From an uncultured Pseudomonadales bacterium (GTDB lineage Bacteria; Pseudomonadota; Gammaproteobacteria; Pseudomonadales; Azotimanducaceae), in assembly GCA_937921865.1 (NCBI GenBank), contig CAKZWF010000037.1:343-64342 (forward strand): a stretch of DNA of 64,000 nt, given 5' to 3'. The translations under genes and the position numbers were made by a program. Under the pieces are notes generated by a model, which was not told the DNA's origin, made no database searches, and saw only the letters and a list, made by a program, of their open reading frames with translations. This document shows, in pieces, positions 7,763-16,241 of this stretch (position 1 is its first letter; each line of letters opens with the position of its first letter).

Positions 7763-8452
7763 ATGACTGAAATTCAGAGACTTGCAGGAAAACGGGTACT
7801 CATCACCCAGGCCGATGATTACATGGGGCCCGCCACTGCAGCGCTGTTCGCCGAAGAAGGTGCTGAGTTGATCAGCGATACCCGGGATCTGACCGAGTCC
7901 GGCGCTTGTGAAGCTGCAATCGCAGCCGCCGGTGAGATCGACATTCTGATTGCCAATCTCGCCTCAGAGAACTTCAGCGGCACACCGGTCCATGAACTGG
8001 GTGACGATGCCTGGGCCACCACTTTCGACATGATGGTGCACCCGCTGCACCGACTGACCAGGGCAGTGACTCCGCAGATGCGCGCCCGCGGCAATGGCAA
8101 GATCATCGTTTACGGCAGCGCGACCGCACTCAAAGGCATGAAGACCGTGGCCGCGTACAGCGCTGCCCGCGCAGCACAGGTCGGCTACGTCCAGGCTGTA
8201 GGGGTTGAGCTGGCGCCAAACAACATTCAGATGAACCTGATTGCCCAGAATTACGTGGAAAACCCGGTGTATTACCCGCCGGAGTTGACCGACAACGAAC
8301 GCTTTCAGGCCTCGCTGAAACGCCAGGTACCGCTGGGCCGTCTTGCCACCGCACGGGAAGATGCTTTGTTTGCGTTATTCCTGGCCAGCCAGGAGAGCAA
8401 CTTCTTTGTTGGCCAGGCCATTCCGTTCAGTGGCGGCTGGGTGCAACGCTGA
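7763..8452 (+). CDS. SDR-superfamily protein with halohydrin-dehalogenase signature motifs
   Basis: T15-x4-Y20-x-G22 (ITQADDYMG) replaces the Gly-rich NAD(P) motif. S119-x12-Y132-x3-R136 (GSATALKGMKTVAAYSAAR) has Arg in place of the SDR Lys. Confidence 0.8.
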   Translation: MTEIQRLAGKRVLITQADDYMGPATAALFAEEGAELISDTRDLTESGACEAAIAAAGEIDILIANLASENFSGTPVHELGDDAWATTFDMMVHPLHRLTRAVTPQMRARGNGKIIVYGSATALKGMKTVAAYSAARAAQVGYVQAVGVELAPNNIQMNLIAQNYVENPVYYPPELTDNERFQASLKRQVPLGRLATAREDALFALFLASQESNFFVGQAIPFSGGWVQR

Positions 8453-8519
8453 CGGCGGGCAGACGCTCGAAGCGTAAAGTGCTCAGCGCGGGTCGTGCCT
8501 GTCGATTGCTACCTGAATG

Positions 8520-8539
8520 TACTGTATACATATACAGTT
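8520..8539. promoter_or_regulatory. LexA (SOS) box
   Basis: TACTGTATACATATACAGTT matches the gammaproteobacterial consensus TACTGTATATATATACAGTA at 18/20 positions (CTG-N10-CAG). TTGCTA at 8506-8511 is a plausible -35 element. Confidence 0.7.
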
Positions 8540-8567
8540 ATTAAGAAGAATTCAGGGAGCCCATACC

Positions 8568-8783
8568 TTGCCGGACCAGACCAGACTGGCGATGCGCCGC
8601 CTGCACAGGCAACGTCGACGCCGAGCGGCGCCAACCATTATGAATCAGGCTGAACTGGCCGCACACTTCAGTGTTCCGGAGTCCCAGGTGAAAGCAGCAC
8701 TGCAGGCCGCCAGCTGGAATTTCCACGAGGATGCCAACGGCGCTCTGTGGGCATCAGTCAAACCCGAACCCGGAGGCAACTGA
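8568..8783 (+). CDS. Small basic hypothetical protein (Arg-rich N-terminus, HTH-like segment)
   Basis: In-frame TTG at 8568, 8 nt after GGGAG; alternative ATG starts at 8592 and 8640. RRLHRQRRRRAAP is followed by MNQAELAAHFSVPESQVKAAL. The TGA stop lies 1 nt before the DUF502 ATG. Confidence 0.45.
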   Translation: MPDQTRLAMRRLHRQRRRRAAPTIMNQAELAAHFSVPESQVKAALQAASWNFHEDANGALWASVKPEPGGN

Positions 8784-8784
8784 C

Positions 8785-9369
8785 ATGGGTCCTATCACCA
8801 ATACTTTTCTTCGCGGCCTTGGCGTTATTTTACCAGTGGCTCTCACCGTGTGGGTGCTTGTCTGGCTGGCCACCGCTACAGAGGAACTGCTGAAACCGCT
8901 GTTTCTGCTGTTTCTTCCCGAGGCCTACTACCTCCCCGGACTGGGCCTGTTGACCGGCCTGCTGACCGCCTATGCAGCCGGTGTACTGGTCAACATGTTC
9001 ATGGTGCAACGCCTGTTGGAGGGCGTGCAGAGCCTGATTGAGCGGATTCCGCTGGTCAAAACCCTCTATGCTGCTTTCAAGGACTTCTTCGACTACTTTT
9101 CGTCAGCCCCCACCGGCGACGAATCCACGGTAGTGAAAGTTCAAATCGGCGACGACGCCTACCTGATCGGTTTCGTGACTGACCACAGCCCTGCCAGCAA
9201 CAATCTCGCAGCACCCGAAGACGACAAGATCGCCGTCTATCTACCGTTGAGCTATATGATTGGCGGCATCACGCTGATGGTTTCTCGAAATTCTGTAGAA
9301 GCCATGGACATCAAAGCGTCTGAAGCAATGCGCCTGGTGCTGACCGCCGGCATCCAGAACCGCGGTTGA
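8785..9369 (+). CDS. DUF502 family membrane protein
   Basis: Two N-terminal TM segments followed by ..IERIPLVKTLYAAFKDFFDYF.., characteristic of DUF502. GGAGG lies 8 nt upstream of the ATG at 8785. Confidence 0.8.
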   Translation: MGPITNTFLRGLGVILPVALTVWVLVWLATATEELLKPLFLLFLPEAYYLPGLGLLTGLLTAYAAGVLVNMFMVQRLLEGVQSLIERIPLVKTLYAAFKDFFDYFSSAPTGDESTVVKVQIGDDAYLIGFVTDHSPASNNLAAPEDDKIAVYLPLSYMIGGITLMVSRNSVEAMDIKASEAMRLVLTAGIQNRG

Positions 9370-9452
9370 TCCGAAGCCGCTACGCGCAGGCAGATCACTC
9401 ACCACAGTGCTATTTTGTCCTGCCTAACGGCAGCCAGAAACAGGATCTGATC

Positions 9453-10118
9453 ATGGAACTCTATGAGGTGATGCGCACCACGTTCGCAGCCCGGGAATTT
9501 ACCGACGCGCCAGTCAGCGATGCCACACTGCGAAAAATACTGGATAACGCCCGTTTTGCGCCCAGCGGCGGCAACCGTCAGGCCTGGAAGGTCGTTGTGG
9601 TCAGGGACCCGGCCACCCGAGACGCTATGGTGCCGATGATCAGACCCACTCTGCAGCGCTATATGGCCCAGGTGAAAAACGGCGAGTCTCCGTGGAACAC
9701 GATCAATCCGACCGGGGTCAGTGAGCAGGAGATTGCCGCGCTTGATATACCGGATGCTCGTATCCGCGCTCTCACCCACGCCCCCGTGGTGTTGCTGGTG
9801 TTTGTGGATCTCGCTGATGTCGCATCATTCGATCAGCATCTCGATCGGGTTGGCGTTATCTCCGGTGCTTCGATTTATCCGTTTGTCTGGAACATCCTGC
9901 TGGCAGCGCGCAATGAAGGTCTGGGTGGCACACCGACAACGTTTATTGGCGCGGCTGAATCAGAACTGCAAAAGCTGCTCGGGATTCCCGAGCAGATGGC
10001 GTTTGCAGCGATGATTCCAATCGGCCAGCCGTTGAAACAACTGACCCGACTGACCCGAAAGCCGGTTGATGATTTTGTCATGCGCGAACGCTGGAATGGT
10101 CCGGTTCTGGGCAGCTGA
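9453..10118 (+). CDS. Nitroreductase family protein
   Basis: MRTTFAAREFTDAPVSDATLRKILDNARFAPSGGNRQAWKVVVV is the typical nitroreductase N-terminal block. The internal ATG at 9453 is preferred. Confidence 0.85.
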   Translation: MELYEVMRTTFAAREFTDAPVSDATLRKILDNARFAPSGGNRQAWKVVVVRDPATRDAMVPMIRPTLQRYMAQVKNGESPWNTINPTGVSEQEIAALDIPDARIRALTHAPVVLLVFVDLADVASFDQHLDRVGVISGASIYPFVWNILLAARNEGLGGTPTTFIGAAESELQKLLGIPEQMAFAAMIPIGQPLKQLTRLTRKPVDDFVMRERWNGPVLGS

Positions 10119-10148
10119 CTTCAGACCAGCCTGCAGCGGTCACCAGCC

Positions 10149-11498
10149 TCAGGTGCGGGTGCGCAGCGACTTGATCAGGTATCGATTCCAGGACCAGCCA
10201 GCAATGCCGAAAATGACGTTAACAAGCGCAGCAACGACAAAGATGCCGATGAATCCAAACCAGTGTGAGGCTGCCACTGCCAGCGGTATGTAGACTCCGA
10301 AAAGCCGAACCAGCGACAGCAACAGGGGCGGCATTGGTTTGCTCAGCGCATTGAACGAGGCGTTTGCGATGTTAATCATCCCCATGAAGCCGATACTGAT
10401 CGGCACCACATAGAGATACCAGGTAGCGGTTTCAATGACCTCCGCATCAGAACTGATTAATGATGCAAAAAATTCACCGAACAGCCACATGATCACCGCA
10501 GCGATCACACCCCAGATCAGGCAGTAGCGGTAGCCCAGGCGCAGCGCTTCATCAACGCGATCATAAAGCCTGGCGCCCCAGTTCTGCCCCACCAGCGGTG
10601 CAGCACTGGCAGATATCCCGATCACCACCATGGTTACCACCGCATCGAGCCGTGCGGCAACACCGTAGCCCGCTACCACTGAAGTCCCGAAGCCAGCCAG
10701 CAACCGCGTGATGATCGCCGAAGACAGCGGTTGGATCAGATTGCTGGCACCAGCCGGAATGCCAACGTGGGCGATATCACGGGCGGACTGAACAAAGCCG
10801 GTCATCGCTGTTGACAGCATTCGTTCGCGAAAAGCGAACCACCAGAAGGTCATACAGAAGGATCCGCCTCGAGCCAGCACAAACGCCCAGGCTGCGCCTT
10901 CAATACCCATCGCCGGCAAGCCAAACCAGCCGAAAATCAGCGGTGGACCGGCGAGCACCTGGGCAACCGATCCCGCGGTCATCACGTAACCCGGAAATGC
11001 CGGATCTCCAATAGAGCGCATCAGTCCGGAACCGACCATGGACAACCCGAACGCAGGCACACCCAGACACCAGATACTGATGTAGCGCACCGTCAGTTCC
11101 AGCACGTGGCCCTCAGCGCCCAGCAGCCTGAACAGCGCCGGGGCCTGCCAGAACAGCACAATTGCACCTAACATCGTGAAGACCAGGGTCAACAGCAACC
11201 CATGTGAGGCCAGCCTCGCGGCATAGTCGCGATCTCCCTGACCAATCGCACGGGCCAGCACCGCACCGGTACCAATGCCGATACCTCGAGTTGCCGCGTT
11301 GAAAGCCATGACCACAGGAAACGTAAAAGCAACCGCGGCCAGCTCCTCGCGACCCACCATGCCGAGATATGCCGCTTCCACCAGCTGGGCCAGGGTCATC
11401 GCCAGAAAACCCATGATCATGAAACCCGACAGCCGCAGCACGTGGCTCGACATGTCACCTTCAGTGAAACCCGCGTTGCGCGGGCTGGTCTGACTCAA
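10149..11498 (-). CDS. MATE family efflux transporter
   Basis: About 12 hydrophobic segments with the internal duplication typical of MATE. The TTG start overlaps the stop of the upstream regulator (TTGA); an alternative ATG is at 11453. Confidence 0.85.
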   Translation of the reverse strand: MSQTSPRNAGFTEGDMSSHVLRLSGFMIMGFLAMTLAQLVEAAYLGMVGREELAAVAFTFPVVMAFNAATRGIGIGTGAVLARAIGQGDRDYAARLASHGLLLTLVFTMLGAIVLFWQAPALFRLLGAEGHVLELTVRYISIWCLGVPAFGLSMVGSGLMRSIGDPAFPGYVMTAGSVAQVLAGPPLIFGWFGLPAMGIEGAAWAFVLARGGSFCMTFWWFAFRERMLSTAMTGFVQSARDIAHVGIPAGASNLIQPLSSAIITRLLAGFGTSVVAGYGVAARLDAVVTMVVIGISASAAPLVGQNWGARLYDRVDEALRLGYRYCLIWGVIAAVIMWLFGEFFASLISSDAEVIETATWYLYVVPISIGFMGMINIANASFNALSKPMPPLLLSLVRLFGVYIPLAVAASHWFGFIGIFVVAALVNVIFGIAGWSWNRYLIKSLRTRT

Positions 11499-12157
11499 GG
11501 CGTTACCCCTCGACTGGCTGTCGCATTCTCATCAACTGATCGAATGGCATAGGCACAGCGCTGGTCACCTTCAAGCAGATACTCAACCCGCTCAACGCTC
11601 ACCCTGGGTCCGAGTAATTTCGCAAACAGGTTGAGTTCGTTCTTGCAGAAACCGCGACATCGGGTAGCCGCAGCACAGATCGGGCAGTGATTTTCCACCA
11701 GCAGCCAGCCTTCAGCCCGCTTCTCCAACGTCGCCATGTAGCCCTCTTCGCAACGGATATCTACCAGGCGTTTCAGTTTGCCCGCCAGGCTGGTGACGCC
11801 CTGCAAACGCGCGCGATAGACCTCCGCCGCCTGACGCAGTCGATCATCGATCACCTGTTCAAGGGCTTCACTGCCCAGCGTTGAGGTAATTGAATCAATG
11901 AGTTGCACCGTAAGCTCAGAATGAGTGTCGGGAAAGTTGGCCTGGGCAGCGTCCTGCAACCGCCAGACCTGAGCAGGTCGCCCCACGCCGGTGCTTATTG
12001 GTGCTGCGATGACCTGTTCACCCAGCGTCTGCAGGTGCCGGCGCACTGCGGGCACACTGATGCCAAGCCCTTCAGCCAGGGCTTTTGTGGAAAGAGGTCC
12101 ACGAGTCTTCAGCAACAGCAACAAACGGTTTTTAGTGCGCTGGACGTCCATCAGCAA
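11495..12157 (-). CDS. ArsR-like winged-HTH regulator with a C-terminal Cys cluster
   Basis: LLLLLKTRGPLSTKALAEGLGISVPAVRRHLQTL, plus C-terminal CPICAAATRCRGFC (COG2345-like architecture). Forms an operon with the MATE pump. Confidence 0.75.
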   Translation of the reverse strand: MLMDVQRTKNRLLLLLKTRGPLSTKALAEGLGISVPAVRRHLQTLGEQVIAAPISTGVGRPAQVWRLQDAAQANFPDTHSELTVQLIDSITSTLGSEALEQVIDDRLRQAAEVYRARLQGVTSLAGKLKRLVDIRCEEGYMATLEKRAEGWLLVENHCPICAAATRCRGFCKNELNLFAKLLGPRVSVERVEYLLEGDQRCAYAIRSVDENATASRGVTP

Positions 12158-12282
12158 TTCTTTATCCCGGTCAATTCTGAACAGCGCGAATATTAGAACA
12201 TTTTGGTTTCAATAAAAGCTGGACGCGACCACAATAAAGAAATATATATGTTTTTATATTATTTAGGTCGCGAGGAATAACA

Positions 12283-12696
12283 ATGATCAGACTTGAACAC
12301 GCCAATCTCTCCGTGATCGACGCTGAAGCAATGACCACATTCATTGTTACTGCGTTTCCTGAGTTTCGGATTCGCGGAGAAGGTACCGATGCCCAGGGAC
12401 GACACTGGCGCCACGTTGGCAACGATGACTTTTATGTTGCCTTGCAGGCGGTTGCAACAGATGCGCAACGACTGCCGTACGGTGACGTCACCGGGCTCAA
12501 TCACCTGGGCTGGGAAATAGACGACCTGGAGGCGCTGGAGGCCAGAATGAATGACGCCGGGTTCGCTGCCAACATGACGGCCGACGACCACCCCGCCCGC
12601 AAGAGGCGCTACTTTTACGACCCGGAAGGCAACGACTGGGAGTTCGTCAGCTATTCAACCAGCCTGAGCACGCAGCGAAATGACTACTCGAGCTGA
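12283..12696 (+). CDS. VOC (glyoxalase/bleomycin-resistance/dioxygenase) family protein
   Basis: IRLEHANLSV.., ..GLNHLGWEIDD.., ..YFYDPEGNDWEFVSY. SD sequence GAGGAA upstream. Confidence 0.8.
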   Translation: MIRLEHANLSVIDAEAMTTFIVTAFPEFRIRGEGTDAQGRHWRHVGNDDFYVALQAVATDAQRLPYGDVTGLNHLGWEIDDLEALEARMNDAGFAANMTADDHPARKRRYFYDPEGNDWEFVSYSTSLSTQRNDYSS

Positions 12697-12699
12697 GCC

Positions 12700-12722
12700 G
12701 AGGCCGGGTTGATCCCGGCCTC
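12700..12722. terminator. Hairpin between convergent genes
   Basis: GAGGCCGGG-ttgat-CCCGGCCTC: 9-bp GC-rich stem with no clear U-tract on either strand. Confidence 0.4.
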
Positions 12723-12776
12723 CCGTTAACGACTGTTGTTACAGTCGCTGAGGGCTCTTTAAGCCGCTGAGGGCTC

Positions 12777-14183
12777 TTAACTGTTGTACTTCCAGTTGCC
12801 GTGGAAGCCATGGGGCACCCGGTGCGGCAATTCGGCGCACGCCAGGGGACCATCGCTGATGTTCTCGGCATCAAAGACCGCCAGATCGCTGCGATTTTCC
12901 GCACCACGATAGACGGTGGTCAGCAGATAGCCTTCGCCTTCCGGTGCGCTCTTGTTGCGTGGGACAAACACCGGCTCGCCGGTCAGATCACCTTCGGGCA
13001 GTTCGTAGAGATTGCGGTTACCTTTTGCAAAGTCGTGATGGGCAATGGCATTAAAGCCCATGCCACCATCACGGCTTGTCGATGCCGCGTAGTAGCCCTG
13101 CTTGTAATCATTACCTGCAAACCGCTCGTCCAAGCGCGGAAATTCACCGGTGATGTCATCGAGATAGCGTCTCTGCACGTTGTTTGAGTTGTCGCCCAGA
13201 TCGAAAGTCCACTCACACAATCTGGCGTTGGCTTTTTCAGGATCAGCTTTGCTGCCATCCGCATGAGGGAACAGCGGCGCTTCTTCAAACTGCATCACAT
13301 GGGCAATGATTTTATTACCTTCGGTGTAGGCATTCATCGGATGGAAAACGTAGCAGGCGTCAGTGGTAAACCAGCGGATGTCGTCAACCGAACCGTTACG
13401 AGGCATGATGCCGATGTGAGTTCCCTTGTCTGGCTCCCAGGCGAACGCCGGCTCTCCTTTCATGGCCCGATCGAGACTGCCGGTGAGCGGAAAAATCGGG
13501 AAAATCACATGTTCGTCGGTGGTGATGAAATCGTGGACCATGCTGGCGTACGGCGCATGGAACAGCTCAGAACGGGTCAGTTCGCCCGCGCCATCAACCG
13601 TCTGATAGCTGATCGCGTCACTGAACGGTCCGTCCGCCATATAACCGAAGAACAGCATTTCACCGGTCTTGGGATCCATCTTGGGGTGTGCGGTCATCGG
13701 GCCTTTGAATTTGCCATCGAAGGTCCAGGTACCCACTGAGTCGAGGGTGTCCGGATCAATTTCGAACGGTTCGTGCCCTTCTTCCAGCGCCAGCAGTTTG
13801 TCGCCGTGCCAGACCACATTGGTATTCGCCAGGCCATCGGTCTCGACACCCGCCACACTGGGGTCGTTCTCCATCGGATTGAACGCGCTGAACAGTGACT
13901 CACCGGCGTCATGTTCAAGCTTCCATTTCACAGTCCGGACCCAGCGGTTGCGATAGGACACCCGACCGTCAGCAATCTTGAATTTATGCAGCATGCCATC
14001 ACCGCCAAACCAGTGGTGGGCACCTCGCGGCGCGAACTGCGGATCGGGTCCGTTGCGGTAATAGCTGACATCCAGATCTGTCGGCATTTCGCCGCGGATG
14101 ATGACGTCGGCAACGTCAGCTTCCATCCGCAGGGGCGCAAAGTTGCCACGCAGCTGCGGATGATTCGGGTAAGGTTTCGCCAT
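12777..14183 (-). CDS. Carotenoid oxygenase (RPE65/CCD/lignostilbene dioxygenase) family protein
   Basis: NFAPLRMEADV.., YRNGPDPQF, HWFGGDGMLHKF, ANTNVVWHGDKLLALEEG, HDF..T..H, conserved His residues. Confidence 0.9.
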   Translation of the reverse strand: MAKPYPNHPQLRGNFAPLRMEADVADVIIRGEMPTDLDVSYYRNGPDPQFAPRGAHHWFGGDGMLHKFKIADGRVSYRNRWVRTVKWKLEHDAGESLFSAFNPMENDPSVAGVETDGLANTNVVWHGDKLLALEEGHEPFEIDPDTLDSVGTWTFDGKFKGPMTAHPKMDPKTGEMLFFGYMADGPFSDAISYQTVDGAGELTRSELFHAPYASMVHDFITTDEHVIFPIFPLTGSLDRAMKGEPAFAWEPDKGTHIGIMPRNGSVDDIRWFTTDACYVFHPMNAYTEGNKIIAHVMQFEEAPLFPHADGSKADPEKANARLCEWTFDLGDNSNNVQRRYLDDITGEFPRLDERFAGNDYKQGYYAASTSRDGGMGFNAIAHHDFAKGNRNLYELPEGDLTGEPVFVPRNKSAPEGEGYLLTTVYRGAENRSDLAVFDAENISDGPLACAELPHRVPHGFHGNWKYNS

Positions 14184-14290
14184 GATCAGATCCTCATAGG
14201 GCGCACGCCCGTTGCAAACGGTCTGCGCAAGACAACTTGAAAGTCGTCGACTACCCGCGGCTTTGCCGACGGGCGATTACCTGCATTGTG

Positions 14291-15916
14291 CTACCGGGTT
14301 GGCGTTGCCGCAATGACCTCGGCTCTGGCACGTTGCACGCTACCGGCCTCCCGCGGGAACTGCAGCTGTCGATATTTGCCCGGCTCCAGCTTGTCTATGG
14401 TCCGCTCAAAGCGCCGCGTACTGCCACCGGCATCGATATAATCCACCCGCACCCTGACGCTGGTCACCGCCACTGGAGAGTTGTTCATCACGCGCAGCAA
14501 CCAGCGGCCATCCTCACCAACGCCCGTCTGGCTGGACAGGTAACGTTCCGGGCGATTAGGCAGGTCCACCCGAAGCAGTGAAGAGCGTGCTTCCTGGCCA
14601 ATCTCACCCGGCGACTGCCCCGCCGCCTCGTAGTAGCGCGTGGCTGCCTCGAGATTGCCCTGAGATTCCGCAACCTTGCCGAGTTCCAGATAGGCGATAG
14701 TGGTCGGCAGCAGTTGCAGCGATCGATTCAGATCCTGCTGCGCCTCCTCGGGTCGATCCAGCCGGGCATTAGCCATTCCCCGACCCAGATAGAAACTGAA
14801 AAACTCTGAATCTCTGGCCAGGGCTCGATCGAAGTTGGTAATTGCGTCCTGGTAGCGACCCTGACGTGCTCTGATTTCGCCGCGCATGGCATGGAACTGC
14901 GCTTCTTCATTCTGTGCGGCTATCGCCTGTTCGACATGGCCCACGGCTTCGGCGTAGTCACCTTCGAAAACCGCCTGACGGGCCAGGTCCAGCTGGGCGT
15001 ATGCGGGTGCATCGGTTTTGATCGTCCGGATAGCCGCCTGATAACGGTCTGCACCATATTCACCATCGCGATAACCTTCTTCGCGCAGTTGCTCGACCAG
15101 CCCCCGATTGTTAGTTACCCGCTCTTCAGAAGGCGGATGGCTGGCAAACAGCCCATCCATCCAGCTGCGCTGTTGCGCGGCACCGCCGCCGCCTTGCGAA
15201 AGTCGCACAAAGGTTTCCTGGAGCGTCACCGCTGCGTAGGGGTCATAACCCGCCTGGGCAAGATAACGGGTGCCATAGAAGTCAGATTCGCGCTCTGCAT
15301 CACGGCCGTATTTCTGGTTGATCAGTGACGCGCCCGTCTGCACGCTACGCACCAGAGTATCCCCCAGTGGCACTCGATCTGAGCCGATCTGAGTGGCCAT
15401 GACCGCGGACTGCAACAGCAGCCCGCGCTCCATACTTTTCGCCCCGTGCCTGGCTGCGGCGTGAACAATTTCATGACCAAGCACGGCGGCAAGTTCTGCT
15501 TCGTTGCGCAGTTCCACCAGCAGACCCCGGTTGATGGCGATTTTTCCGCCAGGTAATGCCCAGGCATTGGGCACAGAGTTATTCAGCACGACAAACTCAT
15601 ACGGCAGTTTGGCCGGTGATTGGGCAGCCAGTCGCGCACCGACGCCAGCTACGTATTCCGACAGCGCCGGGTCAACCTTGTACTGCCCGCCCTGCATCTG
15701 CTGCGCCGGTACATACTGCTGTTGGCCGATCTGAATCTGTTGGGCGGTGCTGACCAGCTCGATTTCACTCTGACCGGTGACCGGATTTACTGTGCAAGCT
15801 GCCAAAGCCACCACAAAAATCATCACGGCGAAGTGACAACAATTACGTATATATCTGTTTTTATTAACTATTTCTCGGAGTTTCCAGAATTCTGGTGACT
15901 CCACTATTACTCCCAT
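14291..15916 (-). CDS. M48 family metalloprotease with C-terminal TPR repeats, lipoprotein
   Basis: HEIVHAAARH (HExxH). TPR-like repeats in the C-terminal half. Lipobox VALAAC. The start is uncertain (ATG 15916, GTG 15904 after GGGAG, or ATG 15823). Confidence 0.85.
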   Translation of the reverse strand: MGVIVESPEFWKLREIVNKNRYIRNCCHFAVMIFVVALAACTVNPVTGQSEIELVSTAQQIQIGQQQYVPAQQMQGGQYKVDPALSEYVAGVGARLAAQSPAKLPYEFVVLNNSVPNAWALPGGKIAINRGLLVELRNEAELAAVLGHEIVHAAARHGAKSMERGLLLQSAVMATQIGSDRVPLGDTLVRSVQTGASLINQKYGRDAERESDFYGTRYLAQAGYDPYAAVTLQETFVRLSQGGGGAAQQRSWMDGLFASHPPSEERVTNNRGLVEQLREEGYRDGEYGADRYQAAIRTIKTDAPAYAQLDLARQAVFEGDYAEAVGHVEQAIAAQNEEAQFHAMRGEIRARQGRYQDAITNFDRALARDSEFFSFYLGRGMANARLDRPEEAQQDLNRSLQLLPTTIAYLELGKVAESQGNLEAATRYYEAAGQSPGEIGQEARSSLLRVDLPNRPERYLSSQTGVGEDGRWLLRVMNNSPVAVTSVRVRVDYIDAGGSTRRFERTIDKLEPGKYRQLQFPREAGSVQRARAEVIAATPTR

Positions 15917-15959
15917 ATTGCTACAGCCTGACTGCGAATTCGGTCTCTAGTATGACAAA

Positions 15960-16132
15960 GGTGTTGTTTTGGTGCTGTGAGTTCGACACCGACCGATAGC
16001 GAGCTTCTCCTTGTCGCTACGGTCATCTGACTGACAGCAGCTGTCGAATGAGCTCAGCACCGAAACACCATCACTCTCCATAGACCTTGTGATGACCAAA
16101 TGGCCAACCCCGCATGACGCGGGGTTTTTTTT
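15960..16132 (+). ncRNA. Candidate structured small RNA, family unknown
   Basis: The 5' arm 15960-15988 pairs with 16042-16069 (6+7+7 bp). An apical hairpin TAGCGA/TCGCTA has the loop gCUUCUCCUUg, and a second hairpin ATCAC/GTGAT has the loop UCUCC.. The RNA ends in an intrinsic terminator. A weak promoter CTGACT-17-TATGAC lies at 15928-15956. Confidence 0.45.
16106..16132 (+). terminator. Rho-independent terminator
   Basis: CCCCGC-atgac-GCGGGG followed by eight T. Confidence 0.8.
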
Positions 16133-16241
16133 GCCTGCATTGTTCGCGACGCAGAGCGCGTCAGGCGACGCCGGTTTTGTACTGGCGAGACTTCTGCCTT
16201 AGCATTCACCGCCAGTTAATTGAGCCAGCGAGCCCACCCAG

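Noticed and set aside
12747-12780. Direct 14-bp duplication GCTGAGGGCTCTT(T)AA at the 3' end of the carotenoid oxygenase gene, plus the GACTGT/ACAGTC hairpin.
   Set aside because: This is a short local duplication spanning the stop codon. It is plausibly part of the terminator region and has no further supporting pattern.
15960-16132. The intergenic structured RNA as 6S RNA, SRP (4.5S) RNA, tmRNA, RsmY/Z or GcvB.
   Set aside because: The 5' and 3' ends do not pair as they do in 6S RNA. There is no GGUCCGGAAGGAAGCAGCC-like SRP domain IV, no multiple GGA motifs, no tRNA-like end and no extended GU-rich single strand. It is kept only as an unclassified sRNA candidate.
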